A stretch of 14,199 bases of DNA from Phycisphaerales bacterium. Lineage in GTDB: Bacteria > Planctomycetota > Phycisphaerae > Phycisphaerales > UBA1924. The notes below the pieces were generated by a model that worked only from the letters and a program-made list of their open reading frames with translations, was not told the DNA's origin and ran no database searches. The stretch lies in NCBI GenBank assembly GCA_029260335.1, contig JAJDDL010000271.1, positions 1 through 14,199 of the forward strand, given 5' to 3'. A program made the translations under genes and the position numbers. Below are positions 1 to 5,874 of the stretch, piece after piece; positions within the stretch are counted from its first letter, which is position 1, and the number at the start of each line of letters is the position of its first letter.

Positions 1-824
1 CGATCGAGCGACGGATTCTCTGATGCCGTGGTTTCGTGCCGCTTGGCCGCCAAGCTCCGCAGCCGATCGATGCACGCGTCGTCGCTCGGCTCCTTGAAAT
101 CAATGGTCCCGGAGATCTGGGCGTGCATGTCCGCGCCGCCAAGCTCCTCGTCAGACACGTCCTGCCCGATCGCGGCTTTCACGAGCGCCGGACCCGCGAG
201 ATACAACCCGCTGCCCTCGGTCATAAGCAACGTGTCGCAAAGCACCGGCAGATACCCGCCGCCCGCAACGCAATACCCCATGATCGCCGCGACCTGCGGG
301 ATGCCCTCGGCTGAGATCACGCTGTTGAGATAGAAGATGCGCCCGAAGTCATCGGTATCGGGAAAGACATCCTCTTGCAAAGGCAGGAAGACTCCCGCCG
401 AGTCCACAAGGTAGAGCAACGGCAGCCGGGCGTTCCGCGCGATCGTCTGCGCCCGGATGATCTTCTTGCACGTCATCGGAAAGAACGCCCCGGCCTTCAC
501 GGTCGCGTCATTGGCGATGATCATGTGCGGCTTGTCGTGCACCCGACCCACGCCCGTGACCACGCCCGCAGCCGGCGCCCCGCCATGCTCGGCGTACATG
601 CCGTGGGCATACCAGAGCCCTAGCTCCTGGAAGGTCGACTCGGGGTCGATGAGCTTCTCGATCCGCTCCCGGGCGGTCAGCCGGTCCTTGGCGTGCTGGC
701 GATCGATGGCCTTGGGCCCGCCGCCGGCACGGATCCGGTCCTGCTCGCCCAGAAATGAGCCAACAAGCTCCTGCCACTGCTGCCGTGGGGACGCCTGGGG
801 AGTTGTCTGGGACTGATCGGCCAT
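1..824 (-). CDS. Acyl-CoA carboxylase carboxyltransferase (beta) subunit, methylcrotonyl-/propionyl-CoA carboxylase beta-like; N-terminal 274 aa only, the C-terminus lies beyond the window start
   Basis: Hand translation of the minus strand from the ATG at 824..822 runs to position 1 with no stop. This ORF is absent from the six-frame track because it has no in-window stop. Family motifs present: GGGPKAIDRQHAKDRLTARERIEKLIDPES, HMIIANDATVKAGAFFPMTCKKIIRAQTIA and GGADMHAQISG. An AGGGAG Shine-Dalgarno sits 5 nt upstream of the ATG (plus-strand 830..835). Confidence 0.8.
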   Translation of the reverse strand, partial: MADQSQTTPQASPRQQWQELVGSFLGEQDRIRAGGGPKAIDRQHAKDRLTARERIEKLIDPESTFQELGLWYAHGMYAEHGGAPAAGVVTGVGRVHDKPHMIIANDATVKAGAFFPMTCKKIIRAQTIARNARLPLLYLVDSAGVFLPLQEDVFPDTDDFGRIFYLNSVISAEGIPQVAAIMGYCVAGGGYLPVLCDTLLMTEGSGLYLAGPALVKAAIGQDVSDEELGGADMHAQISGTIDFKEPSDDACIDRLRSLAAKRHETTASENPSLD

Positions 825-942
825 GTTCGCTCCCTGTGGGGTGGCCCAAAGCCTAGGTCGGGCGCTCTGGCGGGCCGGTCTGTGCCGATCTGGCAAATTG
901 GTGAATGAATTGTCCTAGGTAGTTGGCATACGTCCGAATCGG

Positions 943-958
943 TGGCACCTTGGAGGCG
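943..958 (+). promoter_or_regulatory. Possible sigma-54-type -24/-12 element (TGGCAC-N6-GGC) upstream of the PEP-CTERM triplet
   Basis: A perfect TGGCAC sits at 943..948. A GC dinucleotide lies at 956..957, giving exact GG-to-GC spacing (944/945 to 956/957). The -12 box reads aGGCg rather than TTGCA, so the match is only partial. The element lies about 115 nt upstream of the gene-1 start. Confidence 0.2.
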
Positions 959-1073
959 GAGGACGCGATGCGCCCGTGTTGGGTGCGTGGCTTTTCGTTC
1001 GTGTGGGCGGTGCATGCCCCTGATGGCAGGCCAGATAGCTGGCCTCGTGGCAGGTGCGAGAAGGGAGATCTCG

Positions 1074-1589
1074 ATGAAGCTCTTGACGATGATCGCGGCG
1101 GGCACGATTGCCAGTGTCGCCCAGGCCGATGCGTTCTTCATCGTGACCGAGGGTGTTTTCGACATCACCGATGTCAACGGCGACGTGTACACGGGCGAGC
1201 TCGCTACCACCGTGGGCACCCAGGTCGGCCCCTTCGATTTCGGCTCGGTCACCGGCGGCTTTGAAGCAACCCTGACCGACCCAGGCCCGATCTCCGGCAG
1301 CTTCAGCCTTATCAGCAGCGGAGGCGATGGCACCGTGGAGATCGGCTACGAAGGCACCGTAGTCGGCGACGATGTCACATTCTCATACGCCGCGAACTGG
1401 AGTGTCACCGACGCGACCGGGATCTACGACGGTCTCACCGGCGATGGCGACCTTTCTGGCTCACATTTCTTTACCGGCATCGATGACGGCATCGTGAGCC
1501 TGACCATCCAGGGCGATCTGGTGCCCGCGCCCGCAACGCTGGCGTTGCTCGGCGTCGGCGGATTGGTCGCCTCACGACGGCGGAGATAG
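1074..1589 (+). CDS. Small secreted protein with a C-terminal PEP-CTERM-like (VPAPAT-hydrophobic-RRRR) sorting signal; paralog 1 of 3
   Basis: ATG at 1074 is preceded by AAGGGAG (1061..1067). The Sec signal peptide MKLLTMIAAGTIASVAQA/DA ends in an AQAD cleavage motif. The C-terminus is GDLVPAPATLALLGVGGLVASRRRR, i.e. a Pro-rich motif, a transmembrane helix and an Arg cluster. The ORF-track start at 942 is an upstream extension with no signal peptide. Confidence 0.8.
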   Translation: MKLLTMIAAGTIASVAQADAFFIVTEGVFDITDVNGDVYTGELATTVGTQVGPFDFGSVTGGFEATLTDPGPISGSFSLISSGGDGTVEIGYEGTVVGDDVTFSYAANWSVTDATGIYDGLTGDGDLSGSHFFTGIDDGIVSLTIQGDLVPAPATLALLGVGGLVASRRRR

Positions 1590-1606
1590 ACGGCGGAGAT
1601 AGATAG
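1577..1606 (+). repeat. Tandem 13-nt duplication (acggcggagatag x2 plus a partial third unit) spanning the stop codon of paralog 1
   Basis: The copies at 1577..1589 and 1590..1602 are identical, and a partial 'atag' follows. The first copy contains the gene's RRR codons and its TAG stop. Confidence 0.5.
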
Positions 1607-1692
1607 AAAGACGCCCTTCGTGCGAACGACGCGGGTGACAAGGGTGGTTGCGTGAAACAGCCACTGAGAAGAGAGAGCGAGGAGATTTAGAG

Positions 1693-2214
1693 ATGACCAA
1701 GCGAATCGCAATAATCGTCGGCATGGCGGTCGCAAGTGCGGCGCAGGCCGACTTCTTCCTGGTCGGCACCGAGGGCTCGTTCGAGGTGACCGACACCAAC
1801 GGCGATGTCATCGATGCGACACTCGAGACCACCGTCCAAACCCAGTTTGGTGGATTCAACTTCCAAGATGTTTCGGGGAGCTTCACCGCCAACCTCATCG
1901 ATGGCGGCGATATCACCGGCTCGCTCGATCTGAATGGCGTCGCCGATATCGACGTCATCTCGATCGACTTCACCGGCACGGTGGACGACGGCGACGATTT
2001 CTTCTCCTACGCCGGCTCGTGGACGGTCTCCGGCGCTTCGGGCATCTACGACGGGCTCACCGGTGCAGGCACGCTCTCGGCCTCGAGCTTCTTCCAACAG
2101 GCCGATGGTGGGTTTACCACGCTCGATGTGCAAGGCGACTTGGTGCCCGCTCCCGCGACCATTGCGATTCTTGCCGGGGCAGGCCTCGGCATGACTCGCC
2201 GGCGCAGGGCCTAG
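1693..2214 (+). CDS. Small secreted PEP-CTERM-like protein; paralog 2 of 3
   Basis: ATG at 1693 is preceded by GAGGAGA (1679..1685). The signal peptide is MTKRIAIIVGMAVASAAQA/DF. It shares conserved blocks with paralogs 1 and 3: AQADFF.V.TEG.F.VTD.NGDV, FSYAGSWTV.GA.GIYDGLTG.G and QGDLVPAPAT.A.L.G...RRRR. Confidence 0.8.
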   Translation: MTKRIAIIVGMAVASAAQADFFLVGTEGSFEVTDTNGDVIDATLETTVQTQFGGFNFQDVSGSFTANLIDGGDITGSLDLNGVADIDVISIDFTGTVDDGDDFFSYAGSWTVSGASGIYDGLTGAGTLSASSFFQQADGGFTTLDVQGDLVPAPATIAILAGAGLGMTRRRRA

Positions 2215-2254
2215 TTCACACGACCGCTCAGTCTGATCTTTCGGGGAGAGACGA

Positions 2255-2779
2255 ATGCAACGGATCGCAACACTTGGCCTCGCACTCGCCCTGGGCGGTG
2301 CCGCACAAGCCGATTTCATCCAAGTCCAAGCCGAGGGCACGTTCGAGCTTGTGCAGGTCAACCAAGACCAGGTGGATATCACGTTCGACGCCGCGGTCTT
2401 CGCGCAGGTCGGCGGCTTCGGCATTACCGCCGCGACAGGCGAAGCATCGCAGCTGTTCACCGGCGATCCGACCGATGATTTGCTCGGCACGGGCGAGCTC
2501 GTCGGCGCAACCCAGGACGACGTGCTCAACATCAGCTTTGAAGGCGTGGTGTTCCCCGGCGACGCGAGCGCGACCTTTGCCGGCACCTGGGAAGTCACCG
2601 GCGCTACCGGCGCATACGACGGGCTCACCGGTGGCGGCGAGATGTCGGGCTTCTATCGCTTCGTGGACGCAGACAGCGGCCAGTTCGGCGTCGTGTTCCA
2701 GGGCGATCTCGTCCCAGCGCCTGCAACCCTTGCACTCCTCGGTGCCGCGGGACTCGGTCTCGCTCGTAGACGGCGATAA
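2255..2779 (+). CDS. Small secreted PEP-CTERM-like protein; paralog 3 of 3
   Basis: ATG at 2255 is preceded by GGGGAGAG (2243..2250). The signal peptide is MQRIATLGLALALGGAAQA/DF. The C-terminus is QGDLVPAPATLALLGAAGLGLARRRR. The gap to paralog 2 is only 40 nt and holds no terminator, so the two are likely co-transcribed. Confidence 0.8.
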   Translation: MQRIATLGLALALGGAAQADFIQVQAEGTFELVQVNQDQVDITFDAAVFAQVGGFGITAATGEASQLFTGDPTDDLLGTGELVGATQDDVLNISFEGVVFPGDASATFAGTWEVTGATGAYDGLTGGGEMSGFYRFVDADSGQFGVVFQGDLVPAPATLALLGAAGLGLARRRR

Positions 2780-2801
2780 AGAAACATTCCTTGAGATTCT
2801 C

Positions 2802-2842
2802 CGCCCTCGCTGCCAATCCGCAGCGGGGGCGTTTTTGTTGTG
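2802..2842 (+). terminator. Rho-independent terminator closing the PEP-CTERM triplet
   Basis: An 11-bp GC-rich stem pairs cgccctcgctg (2802..2812) with cagcgggggcg (2821..2831), with one G-U pair. The loop is 8 nt. TTTTTGTTGTG (2832..2842) follows directly, 23 nt after the TAA stop. Confidence 0.65.
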
Positions 2843-3015
2843 ATTCTGCCCTGCCACGCACAATCGCAGCGCGAAACGCGAATACCCGGTTCACCAAGAA
2901 TCCTAGTTGAGCGACTCCTCCTATCTGTGGAGGCCCGTACGCTCTAGCGCGCAGGGGGTTCATTCATCTCGCGGCAGGCTCGGCTTCGCGCACCTGAGCC
3001 TCACGGAGCACGCTC

Positions 3016-4575
3016 ATGCTGATCTTCCTCGTCGCTGTGGTTCTTGCCGTGTCGCTCGTTGCAGGTGCGATTCAGGTCAAGATCGATTTTCTCCGGCTCC
3101 CGATGCTCATCGGTGCATTGGTAATACTGCTCCTGGGCATCGTGGGCAGCTCATTCCGTTACGTGGGCGAGAACCAAGTCGGCATTGTCGTGAAGAACAC
3201 CTTTGGCGCAAGCTTGCCCCCGGGCAAGATCATCGCGACCGAAGGCGAAAAGGGCCCGCAAGCCGAGATGTTGCCCCCGGGTTGGCACCTCTGGCTCTGG
3301 CCCATCATCTTCGACGTGGAACTGGTGCCGATCCAGGTGATCAAGGAAGGCGAGGTGGGCCTGCTCACCGCGTCCGACGGCGAACCGTTGCCCGCCGGTG
3401 CCATCTATGCGCCCGAATGGAACGCAGATGAGTTCAAGAAGATGGCCGAGGACGCAAAGTTCTTCCTCACCGAAGGCAATGGCAACAAGGGCCCGCAGAC
3501 CTCCGTGCTGACTCCGGGCAAGTATCGCCTCAACACGAAGCTCTTCACAGTTGATGTTGTGCCGGTGACGAACGTGGAGAAGGCCACCGTTGCGGTTGTC
3601 AAGTCCAATGTGGGCGACGAGGCGCCGGCGGCTGTTGACGAGAACCCGCTCGTCGAGAAAGGCGAGCGAGGTATCTGGAGCACGGCCCTGCTGCCCAAGC
3701 AGTACTACCTGAATACCAAGGCCTTTGAGATCACCAGTATCTCGACCGCCAAGAACGTCGTGCGATATACCAAGATGGGCAAGGACGACGGGCCGCTGGG
3801 CGAGGAAAGTGAGATCACGGTCCGCTCGTCAGACGGCTTCACCTTCCCGGTCGATGTGCGCATCGAGTATGAGATCAAGCCCGCCGATGCACCGCTGGTC
3901 GTGGCCAACTTCTCCGACGACCAAGACCGACTCCGCGAGCGATTGAACTCGGCCGTCCGCGCGATCTTCAGAAACAACGCCGAGAGCGTCAAGGCCCTGG
4001 ACTACGTCCAGCAGCGGTCCGCCCAGGAGAGCCAGTCTCTGCTGTTGCTCGGCGAGGAGATGCGCAAGGTCGGCGTTTCGATCACCGCGGTCCGCATCGG
4101 CGATGTCGGCGACGAGGAAACGCTTGGAGAACTGCTCAAGACGCAAACCACGCGAGAGATCGCGCTGCAGGAACAACTCACCTATCAAGAGAAGCAGCGC
4201 GCCGCCGAGCAAGAGAAGGAATACAACCGCACGCAGCAGGAAGCCGTGGAGGAAAAGCGCCTCGCCACGGCAAGCTATGAGGTTCAGATCGCCGAGCAGG
4301 ACAAGGAACGTCGGATCATCGAGGCAGGGGCCGAGGCTGAGGCGATCAGAATCCAGGCCGAGGCCCAGGCCCAGGCCTACCAGCTCATCGCCGAGCAGAT
4401 CGGTCAGGGCAACGCCGCCCTCGTTGAGATCCTCAGGGTCGTTGGCGAAGCTGGCATCCAGATCACGCCTCGCGTCATGGTGGTGGGGGGTGAGAGCGGG
4501 TCTAGCAACGCCGAGACCACGGCACTCATCGGCACCATGCTCGATTCGATGGTGTCCAAGGATCCGGGCGAGTAA
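3016..4575 (+). CDS. SPFH/Band-7 domain membrane protein, flotillin-like (YqiK-like): N-terminal transmembrane helices, SPFH domain, and an Ala/Glu/Gln-rich coiled coil
   Basis: The 519-aa ORF opens with two hydrophobic helices (LIFLVAVVLAVSLVAGA and LPMLIGALVILLLGIVG). SPFH-like blocks are GENQVGIVVKNTFG, PPGWHLWLWPIIFDVELVPIQV and TVRSSDGFTFPVDVRIEYEIKPADAPLVVANF. A flotillin-type EA-rich coiled coil follows (EAGAEAEAIRIQAEAQAQAYQLIAEQ). Confidence 0.85.
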   Translation: MLIFLVAVVLAVSLVAGAIQVKIDFLRLPMLIGALVILLLGIVGSSFRYVGENQVGIVVKNTFGASLPPGKIIATEGEKGPQAEMLPPGWHLWLWPIIFDVELVPIQVIKEGEVGLLTASDGEPLPAGAIYAPEWNADEFKKMAEDAKFFLTEGNGNKGPQTSVLTPGKYRLNTKLFTVDVVPVTNVEKATVAVVKSNVGDEAPAAVDENPLVEKGERGIWSTALLPKQYYLNTKAFEITSISTAKNVVRYTKMGKDDGPLGEESEITVRSSDGFTFPVDVRIEYEIKPADAPLVVANFSDDQDRLRERLNSAVRAIFRNNAESVKALDYVQQRSAQESQSLLLLGEEMRKVGVSITAVRIGDVGDEETLGELLKTQTTREIALQEQLTYQEKQRAAEQEKEYNRTQQEAVEEKRLATASYEVQIAEQDKERRIIEAGAEAEAIRIQAEAQAQAYQLIAEQIGQGNAALVEILRVVGEAGIQITPRVMVVGGESGSSNAETTALIGTMLDSMVSKDPGE

Positions 4576-4610
4576 GAGCCCGCCCAGAAGCGAATCCTGA
4601 ACGTCCACGG

Positions 4611-4638
4611 CATCGGCGCGCTTATACTCGCGCCGATG
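4611..4638 (+). promoter_or_regulatory. Perfect 10-bp inverted repeat (catcggcgcg-N8-cgcgccgatg) whose right arm contains the methyltransferase ATG
   Basis: The left arm is at 4611..4620, the spacer cttatact at 4621..4628 and the right arm at 4629..4638. The ATG at 4636..4638 forms the last 3 nt of the right arm. The element lies 35 nt after the SPFH stop, and no U-tract follows it. Confidence 0.4.
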
Positions 4639-5742
4639 TCAGCAAACTACACCCGAAGGCGGGACTTGTTCCTGGATGCAGGCCTGGCAGACGCCGAGCA
4701 GGCGGTTACCCAGATCCGCGCAGAGGCCGATGCGCTCGCTCTGAGCGAGTGTGACGCGTGTGATCTCGCAGATCGGCTTACGGATACTGCGCCCCAGCGC
4801 CAAGCCGTGTTGGGCCCCGAGCGGACACGCTTGCTCGCCGACGCCGCGGAGTGGCTCTTTGATCGAGGCGGAGATCTCGCGACGATCCTCTGGCAAGCCC
4901 ATCGGATCGGGCCGCCCGAGCAGGCATGCCCGATTGGTGCCATCGTGCTCACGATCGCCGAGCGACTGTTCTCGGCGGGTCGCGATCGCGAAGCCGCGGC
5001 TCTCTTGCGTTTCCTCGTCGAGGTCGACTTCGACTGGGGCGATCTCTATCAGCAGCCGGGCCTCGCGTACGAGTTCTTCAAGCCGCGCGAGCCCAATCCG
5101 CTGGTTTGGGAGCTTCTGAAATACATCGATCGGCGAGTGCACGAGACCGCCGAGCGCGGCCTTGACCAAGTCCGCATTCTCGAGCTCGGTTGCGGCACGG
5201 GCAACGACGCGCTGGGTTTAGTCTCCAGCGACAGAGTCGTCGCGTATCGCGGGATCGACATCTCCGCCTCTGCCTTGGACGAACATCGTCACCGCATGCA
5301 ACCGGTCCTCAAGCTCAGGCCCGCCTTGCACCATGATCTCACCAAGGGCGATCTGGTGAGCGTGCTTCGCGCCCAGCCTGTCCAGGACCGCTTCAACGTC
5401 GCGTACTCGTACTCCAGCTTGCACTACTTCAACTCCGAGGAACTCCAAGAGATATTTGACCTGGGCCGGCGAATCCTGGAGCCGGGTGTCGGGCTGTTCG
5501 CCTTTGGGATCAAGGGGCACGGCAGCATCTGGGACGGCCAGGGCGTGCCGCTCTATCGACCCGATGTCTGGGTGAACCTGGACGGCCAATCGCGGTGGTT
5601 CCCCTCGAAGGCAGCGCTCGCGGACATGATCGTGCGCCACGGCTACGAAATCCGATTCCACCAGCTGCACGATCACTGGAGCTACAGCGAACGCGGCGAA
5701 CGCGACGTGTTCCATTACGTGGTCTGCTCACCACGCAAGTAG
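4636..5742 (+). CDS. Class I SAM-dependent methyltransferase with a roughly 170-aa N-terminal domain of unknown function
   Basis: Motif I is VRILELGCGTGNDALGL. The post-I motif is YRGIDIS, motif II is FNVAYSYSSLHYF and motif III is LEPGVGLFAFG. The Ala/Leu/Asp/Arg-rich N-terminal half matches nothing I recognise. Confidence 0.8.
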   Translation: MSANYTRRRDLFLDAGLADAEQAVTQIRAEADALALSECDACDLADRLTDTAPQRQAVLGPERTRLLADAAEWLFDRGGDLATILWQAHRIGPPEQACPIGAIVLTIAERLFSAGRDREAAALLRFLVEVDFDWGDLYQQPGLAYEFFKPREPNPLVWELLKYIDRRVHETAERGLDQVRILELGCGTGNDALGLVSSDRVVAYRGIDISASALDEHRHRMQPVLKLRPALHHDLTKGDLVSVLRAQPVQDRFNVAYSYSSLHYFNSEELQEIFDLGRRILEPGVGLFAFGIKGHGSIWDGQGVPLYRPDVWVNLDGQSRWFPSKAALADMIVRHGYEIRFHQLHDHWSYSERGERDVFHYVVCSPRK

Positions 5743-5828
5743 GTCAACGCAAATCGCCCCGCAGCGGACGCCTGAACCCGGAGGCGGGGCCCCAAGCGCG
5801 AACCGCTGCGAGGCCGAAGCGTGAGAGC

Positions 5829-5859
5829 AAAAATCAGCCAACCCGGCAAGGAGCCGGGT
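5829..5859 (-). terminator. Candidate intrinsic terminator for the minus-strand RTX-like gene, also placed to serve the convergent methyltransferase
   Basis: The hairpin acccggc-aagga-gccgggt (5841..5859) has a 7-bp stem. On the minus strand it is followed by UGGCUGAUUUUUG; the plus-strand A-run is at 5829..5833. A 7-nt gap separates the stem from the U-run, which is not canonical. Confidence 0.35.
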
Positions 5860-5874
5860 CAGCCGAGTGGGGGG

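Noticed and set aside
28-849. Several 80-120-aa ORFs on both strands in the first 850 nt
   Set aside because: The carboxyltransferase reading frame explains the whole region (minus strand, open to the window edge). The listed ORFs are alternate-frame shadows.
1687-2628. 313-aa minus-strand ORF antisense to PEP-CTERM paralogs 2 and 3 (also +2019..2843 and -2228..2863)
   Set aside because: The plus-strand genes have RBSs, signal peptides and a conserved paralog structure. The antisense products are low-complexity.
3829-4608. 259-aa minus-strand ORF antisense to the SPFH gene
   Set aside because: The SPFH and coiled-coil motifs on the plus strand are unambiguous. The antisense product is Leu/Gly/Arg-rich junk.
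5755-5788. Imperfect hairpin gccccgc-N20-gcggggc after the methyltransferase stop
   Set aside because: The loop is long, no U-tract follows, and the stability is unconvincing. The 5841..5859 hairpin is the better terminator candidate for this convergent gap.
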